DNA of 64,000 nucleotides from Nitrososphaeraceae archaeon (GTDB lineage Archaea > Thermoproteota > Nitrososphaeria > Nitrososphaerales > Nitrososphaeraceae): assembly GCA_036280615.1 (NCBI GenBank), contig DASUQJ010000009.1, forward strand, positions 1,740-65,739. The letters run 5' to 3'. The notes beneath the pieces were generated by a model, which was not told where the DNA came from, made no database searches, and was given only the letters and a program-made list of their open reading frames with translations. This document shows positions 36,940 to 46,113 of this stretch, in pieces. The translations under genes and the position numbers were made by a program. Within the stretch, counting starts at the first letter, position 1; the number at the start of each line of letters is the position of its first letter.

Positions 36940-38172
36940 TCAATAGGATTTCGCATATTTTCTCTGAAGGGGGCTTAACTTATCAATACTTATCCCCAAA
37001 TATTTTAATGATAACTTTGCGACATTAGAATCAATTTTCTCTGGTACGCGATAAACTTTCTTTTGCATTCTTTCATGATTTTTAAAAATATGCATTATCG
37101 AAAGAAGTTGATTTGCAAAAGACATCGCCATTACCTCTGGAGGATTTCCTTCTCCACCCACTAAATTAACAACTCTGCCCTTGGACAGTAGGAAAATTTT
37201 TCTGCCATTAATGTGGTAACAATCCAAATATGGTCTAATGGAATAATTCTCTTTTGAATTTGAAATCAGTTTCTCTACTTCAATTTCATTGTCGAAATGT
37301 CCTGCATTCGCAAGTATCGCTCCATTTTTCATTCTTTTGAAATGTTTTTCAATAATTACGTTTTTTTGCCCCGTACATGTTATAAAAATATCTGCATTTT
37401 CTACTACTTGACTAATTTTTTTTACGTAGTAACCGTCCATGTATGCTTCTAGGGCTTTTAGTGAATCAACCTCAACAACAGTAACAATAGCCCCCAATCC
37501 TCTAGCTCTTGCCGCTACTCCTCTGCCTACATTACCGTACCCGCAGACAACTATATGTTTACCAGCAATAAGAACATTAGTCAGTCTAATAATTCCTGTC
37601 AGTGTACTTTGCCCTGTCCCATAGTGATTATCAAATAAGTGCTTTGTGCGAGCTTCGTTTACACCAATCACTGGATATCGCAATTTGCCATGTTCTTCCA
37701 GTGCTTTGAGTCTTGTAATTCCTGATGTAGTTTCTTCTGTTCCACCAAATATTCCCGCGTTTTTCTTCTCGTGTGCCATAACATGAAGGTTTGAGCCATC
37801 ATCTGTGAGTATCTGGGGATGATATTCCAAAACTTGCCTTAAATTGTCCAAATACTCCTTTTCGGTTTCATCTTTCCATGCCAATACGTTGACTCCTTCT
37901 GATGAAAGAAATGCTGCTATGTCTTCTTGTACTGATAAGGGATTTGCTGAACACAGCGCAATCTTAGCTCCTAATTTAGTCGCAGCTATTACGAGTACGG
38001 ATGTTTCTTTCGTAACATGTAATGAAAGTCCAAGTCTTAGAGCCCTTAACGGCTTGTTGTCAATGTTCTGATTCACAATTTCGTTAATAATACCCATATG
38101 AGAACACGCCCATTCCCATGACTTTTTCCCATCGTCAATTAGTCTGCTATTTTTCATCTGGCTATACATCAA
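36940..38172 (-). CDS. ahcY: adenosylhomocysteinase
   Basis: 410 aa; NAD-binding GYGNVGRG, full-length AhcY-like. Confidence 0.93.
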   Translation of the reverse strand: MMYSQMKNSRLIDDGKKSWEWACSHMGIINEIVNQNIDNKPLRALRLGLSLHVTKETSVLVIAATKLGAKIALCSANPLSVQEDIAAFLSSEGVNVLAWKDETEKEYLDNLRQVLEYHPQILTDDGSNLHVMAHEKKNAGIFGGTEETTSGITRLKALEEHGKLRYPVIGVNEARTKHLFDNHYGTGQSTLTGIIRLTNVLIAGKHIVVCGYGNVGRGVAARARGLGAIVTVVEVDSLKALEAYMDGYYVKKISQVVENADIFITCTGQKNVIIEKHFKRMKNGAILANAGHFDNEIEVEKLISNSKENYSIRPYLDCYHINGRKIFLLSKGRVVNLVGGEGNPPEVMAMSFANQLLSIMHIFKNHERMQKKVYRVPEKIDSNVAKLSLKYLGISIDKLSPLQRKYAKSY

Positions 38173-38294
38173 ATCAATGTGTTATAACTAATTAGTCATG
38201 ATCGTCAAGATTGAAATAAAGGAGACCCAGAAAGTCTTGTAAGATTGATTGTTTCAGATAGTTTTAATTCCCCTTAGTAATCACTGTTTCTGCT

Positions 38295-39962
38295 GTGCCC
38301 AATTCCAAAACAGAGAGTGTAATAATAACAAGCGCACTCCCGTATGCAAATGGAGAGATTCATCTTGGTCATATCTCGTCTACTTATCTACCTGCAGATA
38401 TCTTCCGCAGGTTCCTAAAATTAAATGGAATGGAAGTATACCATCTCTGTGCATCAGATGATTTTGGAACCCCAGTTCTTATTGAAACTGAAAAAAAGAA
38501 AGTAAAACCGGAGGATTATGTTAAATACTGGCATGATAAAGACTTGGAAGATTTTAGTTCAGCTGGAATTGTTTTTGACTCTTTTTCACAAACAAGCTCT
38601 GAAACAAATAGGAAATTTGTACAGTATGTCTTTGAAGTTTTAAGAAAAAAAGATCTTATCTACGAAAAAGTGGTTGTACAGTATTATTGTGAAAAAGACT
38701 TGAAATTTTTGCCGGATCGCTATGTTGTTGGAAAGTGTCCTTATTGTGGTGCGATTGGACAATATTCAGATCTTTGCGAAAAGTGTGGTAGAATCCCTGA
38801 AAAGATATTGGATCCAAAGTGTGCAATTTGTGGAATCCCGCCGGTTAAAAAGCAGAGTAATCATTTTTTCTTCAAGCTTTCTAATTTTGAGGATGTTCTT
38901 GAAAAATGGTTAAAGGATAACAAATTTCTTCAACAGGATGTAAAGAAATATGTGCTCAACTGGATTGTAGAAGGATTACAAGATTGGGATATAACAAGGG
39001 ACATTCCTTGGGGGGTTAACATTCCTATGGCAGGTAATGAACAAAAAGATAAGGTGTTCTATGGATGGTTTGATAATCATTTGTGTTATATATCTTCACT
39101 CATTGGATTACTACAAGACATTGATAAGGCAAGAGAAAAATGGAATAATTCCAAAATATATCATTTTATTGGAAAAGATATTGTTTATCATCACTATCTA
39201 TTTTTGCCAGCAATTAGAATTGGTATAGATCAAGAATACAAATTGCCAGATTTCATCCCAACCCGTGGACATCTTATGCTACAAAACAATAAAATTTCGA
39301 AGAGCAGAAATTGGTATATTGGATTGAGGGAATTTGTGAATCTTTTTCAAGCCGATTATCTACGATTTTACATTGCATCAATTTGTAGTTATTCTCAAGA
39401 TGATATCAATTTTGATTGGAATGATTTCGAGAAAAAGATAAACAATGAATTAATAGCAAATATTGGGAATTTTGTAAATCGAACATTGACTTTTATTAGG
39501 AAAAATTTTGGTAATGTGATACCAAACCCGAATGAGTATGATGAGCTGGATAAAAATGCATTGGGAGAAATAGAACGTATTGGTAATACAGTTGGTGGTT
39601 TTATTTCAAGTAACGAGATTGATAAAGCGCTAAAGAATATTCTGTTTTTTTCTTCAATTTTCAACCAGTACTTTCAGAAGCGAGAGCCGTGGAAAAATCC
39701 TGAAAAATCAGGTTCTACACTTTATGTTTCAATTAACGCCGTACGATCATTATCAATACTACTTGCTCCATTCATTCCATTTTCGGCGGAACAAATTTGG
39801 AAGCAAATATCATTAGGAGGTAACATTCACGAACAGAATTGGGATTCCATTGGAACAATATTCCTGAAACCAGGTCATAGATTGGGAGAAATTGAGCCAA
39901 TATTTAAGAAAGTTGACAAAGACAAAATAAAAGAGCAAGTAAATAAATTAAATAATAGATAA
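38295..39962 (+). CDS. metG: methionine--tRNA ligase
   Basis: 555 aa; ALPYANGEIHLGH, Zn knuckle CPYCG..CEKCG, KISKS. Confidence 0.95.
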   Translation: MPNSKTESVIITSALPYANGEIHLGHISSTYLPADIFRRFLKLNGMEVYHLCASDDFGTPVLIETEKKKVKPEDYVKYWHDKDLEDFSSAGIVFDSFSQTSSETNRKFVQYVFEVLRKKDLIYEKVVVQYYCEKDLKFLPDRYVVGKCPYCGAIGQYSDLCEKCGRIPEKILDPKCAICGIPPVKKQSNHFFFKLSNFEDVLEKWLKDNKFLQQDVKKYVLNWIVEGLQDWDITRDIPWGVNIPMAGNEQKDKVFYGWFDNHLCYISSLIGLLQDIDKAREKWNNSKIYHFIGKDIVYHHYLFLPAIRIGIDQEYKLPDFIPTRGHLMLQNNKISKSRNWYIGLREFVNLFQADYLRFYIASICSYSQDDINFDWNDFEKKINNELIANIGNFVNRTLTFIRKNFGNVIPNPNEYDELDKNALGEIERIGNTVGGFISSNEIDKALKNILFFSSIFNQYFQKREPWKNPEKSGSTLYVSINAVRSLSILLAPFIPFSAEQIWKQISLGGNIHEQNWDSIGTIFLKPGHRLGEIEPIFKKVDKDKIKEQVNKLNNR

Positions 39963-39963
39963 A

Positions 39964-40527
39964 ATGTCTTGTGGATTAATGATAGGGAGGTTTCAGCCAT
40001 TTCACAATGGGCATCTGAAGCTCGCCCATCAAATATTAAAAGAATGTGGGGAATTGATAATCGCGGTAGGAAGTTCTCAGTTTAATTACACATTTTCAAA
40101 TCCATTCACTGCGGGGGAACGAATTTACTTTATTCATGATTCTTTAGTAGAATCAAAAATTGACCTTAGAAGAGTGTATATTGTACCGATAATGAATTTA
40201 GAGAATAATGCAATTTGGGTCCAACATCTAAAATCTATGTTACCCAAGTTTGATTCCATATATTCTGGTAACAAATTTGTACTCGAGCTTTTATCGCATA
40301 CTTCTGAGATTTTTAGTGTGCGTCCTCCAGTATTCTACAATGTGAATGACTGCAATGGTACTAATATTAGGATGAACATTGTCATGGATAAAGAGTGGAA
40401 AAATTTTGTACCTGATGCAGTATATAAGAATATTTTGGATCTCGACGGAATTCAGAGAATAAAAGTTCTTTTTGAAACTCAAAGGGATGGGACGGGCGAA
40501 ATTAAACAATATCCCGATATTAAATAA
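39964..40527 (+). CDS. nicotinamide-nucleotide adenylyltransferase (archaeal type)
   Basis: 187 aa; GRFQPFHNGH; starts 1 nt after the metG stop. Confidence 0.9.
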   Translation: MSCGLMIGRFQPFHNGHLKLAHQILKECGELIIAVGSSQFNYTFSNPFTAGERIYFIHDSLVESKIDLRRVYIVPIMNLENNAIWVQHLKSMLPKFDSIYSGNKFVLELLSHTSEIFSVRPPVFYNVNDCNGTNIRMNIVMDKEWKNFVPDAVYKNILDLDGIQRIKVLFETQRDGTGEIKQYPDIK

Positions 40528-40556
40528 CTATCTGATGAAAAACATCGGTATGCTCC

Positions 40557-40691
40557 ATGACAAAGCCATTAAGGGCATGTCCCATATGCAAGCACTGCGG
40601 TGCAAAAAAATTCACAGTAATATCCAATAAGAATGATATCTTGATTCTGGAATGCAAAGAGTGTTGTACTAGAATCGAGATATTAGACTAA
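40557..40691 (+). CDS. 44-aa zinc-ribbon mini-protein
   Basis: Not in the ORF track. Own translation: MTKPLRACPICKHCGAKKFTVISNKNDILILECKECCTRIEILD (CxxCxxC ... CxxCC). A competing 31-aa ORF exists in another frame. Confidence 0.4.
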   Translation: MTKPLRACPICKHCGAKKFTVISNKNDILILECKECCTRIEILD

Positions 40692-40713
40692 TATCTTATC
40701 ATACTCTATCTTA

Positions 40714-41757
40714 ATGAAATTAGATAGCATATATACCGATATAGAATATGAGTTAATTATGACTGCAAAAAAATGGTTTGACAATGATGTTTCTTTAGAA
40801 CAACTCAAGAGCAAGACAATTGCCGTAATAGGCTACGGTATACAGGGTAGAGCACAGGCAAATAATATGAAAGATTCCGGATTGAAGGTATTAATTGGTT
40901 TATACAAAGAAGGAAAATCATGGAAAATTGCAGAAAATGATGGACATGTAGTTAAGGAAGTAAAAGAAGCCTCAAAGTTGGCTGATATTATTCACCTTCT
41001 GACTCCAGATATGGAACAGGCTAATGTGTATAAGAATGAAATAGAACCTGGGCTTTCTGAAGGAAAAACCCTGTCTTTTTCTCATGGAGCAGCTATACAC
41101 TGGAAATGGATAATTCCGCCCAAAAATATTGACATAATAATGGTCGCTCCGAAAGGACCAGGTCAGAGAGTACGAGAATTATTTCAGGAAGCATTTGGTA
41201 CTCCATCACTTATCGCAGTCTACCAAGATTATTCCAAAAATGCCTTAAATACCGTTCTGGGATTGGCAAAGGCCATAGGAAGCACAAGACCAGGAGTAAT
41301 TGAGACCACGTTCAAAGAAGAGGTTGAAACAGATTGGTTTGGAGAACAAGTTGATTTGTGCGGTGGTACTCATTCTTTAGTACTCAATGCATTTGAAACT
41401 TTGGTTGAAGCAGGTTACCAACCTGAGGTAGCTTACTATGAATGTCTGCATGAATTAAAACTAATAGTAGATTTGATATACAAATATGGAGTAACAGGAA
41501 TGTATAATCGTGTCAGTGAAACCGCAAGGTATGGAGGTCTCACTAGAGGACCAATGGTAATCAACAACCAGGCAAAAGAAAATATGAAGAATGTGCTAAA
41601 TGACATACAATCCGGAGAATTTGCAAATGAATGGGCAAGTGTATACAAAAAGGATGGTAAGAATTCGTTTGTGAGATTCATGAACCAATTGGAAAAAAGT
41701 CAATTGGAAATTGTTGGCAAAGAAATGAGAAAGATGATGTGGAAAAATGAAGAATAG
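40714..41757 (+). CDS. ilvC: ketol-acid reductoisomerase
   Basis: 347 aa; GYGIQGRAQANN, class I KARI. Confidence 0.95.
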   Translation: MKLDSIYTDIEYELIMTAKKWFDNDVSLEQLKSKTIAVIGYGIQGRAQANNMKDSGLKVLIGLYKEGKSWKIAENDGHVVKEVKEASKLADIIHLLTPDMEQANVYKNEIEPGLSEGKTLSFSHGAAIHWKWIIPPKNIDIIMVAPKGPGQRVRELFQEAFGTPSLIAVYQDYSKNALNTVLGLAKAIGSTRPGVIETTFKEEVETDWFGEQVDLCGGTHSLVLNAFETLVEAGYQPEVAYYECLHELKLIVDLIYKYGVTGMYNRVSETARYGGLTRGPMVINNQAKENMKNVLNDIQSGEFANEWASVYKKDGKNSFVRFMNQLEKSQLEIVGKEMRKMMWKNEE

Positions 41758-42081
41758 GATTTAAGATATTGAATTCAAAATATCTAAAAATACTCTTATT
41801 ATTTCGCCAAGCGCCATTATAATTTAGGTCTTGTTTTTTATTTTGTTAGTAACAGTATTACGATAGATATTAACAGACCTATCTTCACTGGTCATATTAC
41901 AGAAATAAGTAAGTGTTTAGAGAAGTTTATTTTCCTATGGAATCATTTTGAAGGCTCCGTACAAACTTTTAACAAGATTTTTCGAGACAATGCAATAACA
42001 GTAATAAACTATTATGTTCATTACGATATGCGGTATAGGATTGTTATCGAAAGATGAAAACATCAAAGAATTGGGATTTGA

Positions 42082-43107
42082 TTGAGTAATAGGTATAATC
42101 CGTATGAGATTACTAATGGTAAGCATGTCATGCTCTTGTGTGAAGGTGAAGAAAACCACGCAGAGGCAGCTGCCTATTGGATTAATCAAGGACTTGAAGA
42201 GGGGCAACTTTGTATCTATGCTTCTGTCTATGCCTTTGACCAATCGCATATGTTGGGCATATCAAGGTTGTCTGCCAAAATAAAAAATTGTCAAGATAAC
42301 ATCAACAATAAGAATTTACAGATTATAAACTTTAGACCACACTTTGAATCTGCTTTAAGTGGCAACTTACTCCTTTTTGAGGATCTCAAGACAAATCTAG
42401 AGAATATGGTACATGAACTTATGACGCAAGGTAAGAAAGAGAGAATAACTGTCTTTGCCGATGCCGCATGTTGTTTGTGTGAATCCAAATCATTTGAAAA
42501 GTCAGAAATTTTAGAGAAATGGTGGCAAGATGTTCATGATGAATGGCTCAGAAATAATTACCATATAACAGTAATATGTCCTCACCCACAGCCTATTTTG
42601 AATACTAAACTAGATTCAAGATCTAAGATTTCAGATTCACATGACTTGATGGTGGATCTGAATAAATATGATCTTCATCACTTAGTAACCTCATTAACCT
42701 CATCCGCCCAAGAGATTAGACCACGAATTCTTATCGCAGAATCCGATCCCGATTTGATGATGCTCTATGTTGAATTCTTTGCAGAGAGAAACATTACAGC
42801 GGTTGTGACCCCCGAGGGTAATGAATGCCTATCAGTCGCTAAAGAAAACAATTTTGATATTATAATTTTGGATACACATTTGTCTGGCAGTATTGGAGCA
42901 AGTGATCTTGCAAAAGAGATACATCGTATAAAGCCGAGTCAAAGAATTGTTTTAACCTCTACTAATCCGCTATATGGAACTGCAGATGGAATCAAATCTT
43001 TTAGAGTGAGCATGCAAGATGTTTTGATAAAGCCGTTCAGGCTGTCAAATCTTATCAACGTAATTAATAATAAACGAAATTCTTGCACATCATTCGAACA
43101 AAATTAG
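42082..43107 (+). CDS. response-regulator receiver protein with an N-terminal MEDS-like sensory domain
   Basis: 341 aa, TTG start directly after an in-frame stop. N-terminus HVMLLCEGEENHAEAAAYWINQGLEEGQLCIYAS is MEDS-like; the C-terminal REC has ESDPD, DIIILD, LTST, IKPF. Confidence 0.75.
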   Translation: MSNRYNPYEITNGKHVMLLCEGEENHAEAAAYWINQGLEEGQLCIYASVYAFDQSHMLGISRLSAKIKNCQDNINNKNLQIINFRPHFESALSGNLLLFEDLKTNLENMVHELMTQGKKERITVFADAACCLCESKSFEKSEILEKWWQDVHDEWLRNNYHITVICPHPQPILNTKLDSRSKISDSHDLMVDLNKYDLHHLVTSLTSSAQEIRPRILIAESDPDLMMLYVEFFAERNITAVVTPEGNECLSVAKENNFDIIILDTHLSGSIGASDLAKEIHRIKPSQRIVLTSTNPLYGTADGIKSFRVSMQDVLIKPFRLSNLINVINNKRNSCTSFEQN

Positions 43108-43514
43108 TCAATATGTCCTTCCTTTGCCTTTATGAGAATCTGTAATTCACGGCAACAATCCTTTAAGATCTTCTGTGCTTCTTCCTTATTGTCTGCTGCT
43201 ATTATGATTCCTCCAGGACCAAATTTGCATTGTTTAATCTTGATCGGAATATCGACGTGTAATATTCGCGCAATAAATTCTAACAATGCTGGATATGTTT
43301 TGCTTTTTTTATACACGTATGAAGCAGAATTCTTGGTAATTAAAACTTCTTCTTGTACGGGAAAAAAAAACTGATTTTCAGTCAGGGTATTTAATAGCTC
43401 CTCTTCTATTTTTTTAGCCTTCGATCTCATATTCTGATTTCGTGCGAGGTTTGCTTCAACAGCCAACTCTTCTAGTTTTTCAAAGTCCATACCAATTATA
43501 TCATTTGGTATCAA
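43104..43514 (-). CDS. hypothetical protein
   Basis: 136 aa, no recognisable motif; stop overlaps the stop of the convergent MEDS-REC gene. Confidence 0.55.
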   Translation of the reverse strand: MIPNDIIGMDFEKLEELAVEANLARNQNMRSKAKKIEEELLNTLTENQFFFPVQEEVLITKNSASYVYKKSKTYPALLEFIARILHVDIPIKIKQCKFGPGGIIIAADNKEEAQKILKDCCRELQILIKAKEGHID

Positions 43515-43576
43515 TAAAATGTTATCATATTCGTTACATCAGAGGGTTCTGTTACTAACATGATTATAACTTAATT

Positions 43577-44143
43577 TCAATTTCTCATTGGTTTGTCTCT
43601 CAAATATTTCTCATACTCGTGAAGTGACTTTTCTTGAGAATCAGTTTGAATGGATCCACGACGTATGTTTCTGATTCTGGTTATAGCATCCTTCCCACTA
43701 ATATTTTCTTTTTTTAACAAGTAAGCAGCCAATATCGTTCCCGTTCTTCCTTTCCCAGCGGCACAATGAACTAGTACTGCTCTTTTTGCCTCAATTTCAT
43801 TCTCGATAAATTTAACTGTTGAATCAATCTCTTCAACAGTTGGAGCATGATAGTCTTCGACTCTTAGATGCAAGTAATTTATTTTCTTGACATTATTACC
43901 ACGAGGTTCTAAACTTTCGCTATCCCCTGCAGAAAACCAGCGTGAAGGCAATGATATTTCTCGTACTGTTACAATAGTTCCTATTCCATGATTCACTAAC
44001 CATTTGAATTGATTAAATGACAGAGGTAGTCCACTTCCAGCAAGTTGATTCTTTATCACCCAACTAAAATTTGTGGGACTAGAACTGAATTTACTGTCAA
44101 GCCATCTGTAAACGTCCCCGATAAGTGTCATTTTTTGAGTCAA
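43577..44143 (-). CDS. Cys-based dual-specificity/tyrosine protein phosphatase
   Basis: 188 aa; HCAAGKGRTG (HCx5R P-loop). Confidence 0.88.
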   Translation of the reverse strand: MTQKMTLIGDVYRWLDSKFSSSPTNFSWVIKNQLAGSGLPLSFNQFKWLVNHGIGTIVTVREISLPSRWFSAGDSESLEPRGNNVKKINYLHLRVEDYHAPTVEEIDSTVKFIENEIEAKRAVLVHCAAGKGRTGTILAAYLLKKENISGKDAITRIRNIRRGSIQTDSQEKSLHEYEKYLRDKPMRN

Positions 44144-44475
44144 ATTGTACTGAATAACATTGTAGATTTAAATCTTCATTACCAAATTAAAAACCAGTAC
44201 AGTTCATGGTTTAGGCACTTGCATCCTAAAAGATGCGAGCTACTCTAACAATGTGAGTCTGTCAAGGATCACGAGATAATGGATTTGTGTATATACGATC
44301 CCAACATTGAAAAAACCCAACAGCAAAACTAGATCTGGTAGAAGTTCTATCCACACAAATTCAGGATTTAATATACCACATAATTTATAATGCTTTAACA
44401 GATTCTTTAAGGAGTCATAATTTTTAGAATGAGTATACATGGATATTAATAAATCATTTTGTCTTTTTTTAAGCA

Positions 44476-45333
44476 ATGACAAAGTTAGTCCACATAACAC
44501 TGATTCTAGTGGCAATAATGTCAATCTCAATTTCAGTAATATTAACAAACCAAGTAAATGCACAGCAACAAAATGGGTACGTTACGACGCTAAATGGAAA
44601 GAATGAAGTACCATCGCATGGGGATGTAACGGCAACAGGTATTAGTGGATTTATTGTAAACAGTGGTAATTCAAAGGTATGGTATCAGATTGAAGCAGAG
44701 GGCCTCAACGGGGTAACACAAGCTCATATTCACTCAGGGAAAGTTGGTGAAAACGGGCCTGTTGTAGCAACACTATTCAAAGGCAATAAGGATACTGTCA
44801 ACGGTGCATTAGTTCAGGGCAGTATAACAGCAGACAAATTAGAAGGTCCCTTAAAGGGCAAGTCAATATCCGATCTTACTGATCTTTTTGATGACGCATC
44901 AGCGTATGTAAATGTTCACACAGAGACCTTTCCTGACGGAGAAATTCGAGGACAAATTAGTAAGGGAACAATTCAGGTAGATGTCACGACTAAGAGAGCA
45001 CATATCAGTAACAGTGACGGTGACATTGAATTTGATTTGACAAATGTAAACATAAATGAAATAACAGTGGAAAATCAAAATCAGCTTGAATCCTCACAAA
45101 CAAGTCAAAATCAGCTTGAATCCTCACAAACAACTCAAAATACACTAGGTGCTAATCAAACAACTCAAAATACACTAGGTGCTAATCAAACGACCGAAGA
45201 TCAATTAGGTTCGTCTCAATCAACTGGCACTAAGTCAGGAATGAATGAATCTGTTGACGGGATGTCCGGAACAAATGAGTCTATGGGAGTTCCCCAGACT
45301 GATAACGAAATCGAAACAAATCCGGTAGATTGA
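44476..45333 (+). CDS. secreted CHRD-domain protein with a C-terminal Q/S/T/N-rich decapeptide repeat tail
   Basis: 285 aa; signal/anchor LVHITLILVAIMSISISVIL; CHRD-like AHIHSGKVGENGPVV and VNVHTETFPDGEIRGQI. Confidence 0.8.
   Translation: MTKLVHITLILVAIMSISISVILTNQVNAQQQNGYVTTLNGKNEVPSHGDVTATGISGFIVNSGNSKVWYQIEAEGLNGVTQAHIHSGKVGENGPVVATLFKGNKDTVNGALVQGSITADKLEGPLKGKSISDLTDLFDDASAYVNVHTETFPDGEIRGQISKGTIQVDVTTKRAHISNSDGDIEFDLTNVNINEITVENQNQLESSQTSQNQLESSQTTQNTLGANQTTQNTLGANQTTEDQLGSSQSTGTKSGMNESVDGMSGTNESMGVPQTDNEIETNPVD
45075..45194 (+). repeat. four tandem 30-nt coding repeats (A-A-B-B) inside the CHRD gene
   Basis: TCAAAATCAGCTTGAATCCTCACAAACAA(G/C) twice, then TCAAAATACACTAGGTGCTAATCAAAC(A/G)AC twice; a degenerate fifth unit follows to about 45224. 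Confidence 0.9.
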
Positions 45334-45580
45334 AAATCTACTTTATTTTTATTTTTATTAATAATGTTTCTAATTTGAGAACATCTCTGTATTGCTGTCA
45401 CGTGTGCATGATGTTCTTGCGCAATTTGAATAATCAGTAGATAAATTGAATGATGATTTTTCATATTCGAATCATCTTAAATGTACCTGCGTTAGACTGT
45501 AACATAACAGATACTAAATTCCAAACTGGAATAGCCTTCATGTATAAAAGCTATATGTCCAATGTTGCACTTATTTTAGT

Positions 45581-45673
45581 GTGACAGCAAATTTCAAATG
45601 TAAAGAATGCGGTCTTCTGTATCCTACACAAGACGATTTAGACTTGCATGTTAAAGACATTCATTCAGAATAG
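45581..45673 (+). CDS. 30-aa C2H2 zinc-finger mini-protein
   Basis: Not in the ORF track. Own translation: (M)TANFKCKECGLLYPTQDDLDLHVKDIHSE; C-x2-C-x12-H-x4-H; GTG start; TATAAAAG at 45543-45550 about 30 nt upstream. Confidence 0.45.
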   Translation: MTANFKCKECGLLYPTQDDLDLHVKDIHSE

Positions 45674-46113
45674 CATGGTAATAAACTTCGTTTCCCTAAC
45701 TAATCTAATATATGACTGCAATTCTAACCAGAATTTACTTATCTAAGCAATAGTTCTCATTGTTCTAGGCGCAGTCCTACAGTATGCTCCCATCCCATAT
45801 CCGGCCGAAACAATTGGGAACATTCTAATAATTGTTCGAATACTTGTATTAGTTATTTGGCTGTGTTAATGGTTATTGCGGCAATAAGATGCCCGTAGTT
45901 ATTTCTTACTGCAACATCTTAATTGCAATAAACATACAAAATCAGATTTACTAATTACTATTCAATTGAACATGAGATCACAGATAAAGATACACTGTCA
46001 CTTTTAACTGGTAAAGTTAGAGTTGGGATATTATTTGGAATGTTGATAAGTGATACGGAAAAATATAGCAAGTTCCTAAGCAACGATTAGATCATCAGAA
46101 CTTTCAGGTAGTG

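Noticed and set aside
38249-38461. 70-aa plus-strand ORF overlapping the metG 5' end
   Set aside because: It is out of frame with metG, whose N-terminus (ALPYANGEIHLGH) is conserved from 38295, and it has no independent signature.
41935-42249. 104-aa minus-strand ORF spanning the MEDS-REC gene start
   Set aside because: It overlaps the conserved N-terminus of the MEDS-like domain in antisense, and its sequence is low-complexity and hydrophobic with no family resemblance.
44240-44563. 107-aa minus-strand Leu-rich ORF overlapping the CHRD signal-peptide region
   Set aside because: The Leu-rich translation is the antisense image of the signal-peptide/AT-rich region. A shorter internal version (from about 44440) cannot be excluded but has no support.
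45075-45194. Regular 30-nt repeats considered as a mini CRISPR array
   Set aside because: The units are directly tandem with no spacers, lie in frame inside a coding sequence, and no cas genes are nearby. This is a coding tandem repeat.
45216-45464. 82-aa minus-strand ORF downstream of and overlapping the CHRD gene
   Set aside because: It overlaps the 3' end of the CHRD gene by 118 nt in antisense. It has no motif, and its non-overlapping part is only about 43 codons.
45449-45476. AUGAUGA (C-box-like) sequence and a 7-bp GATGATT/AATCATC hairpin in the spacer after the CHRD gene, considered as a C/D box sRNA
   Set aside because: There are no D/D' (CUGA) boxes at the appropriate spacing on the plus strand. 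The minus-strand version has a degenerate C box and no internal C'/D'. It is more likely a simple hairpin.
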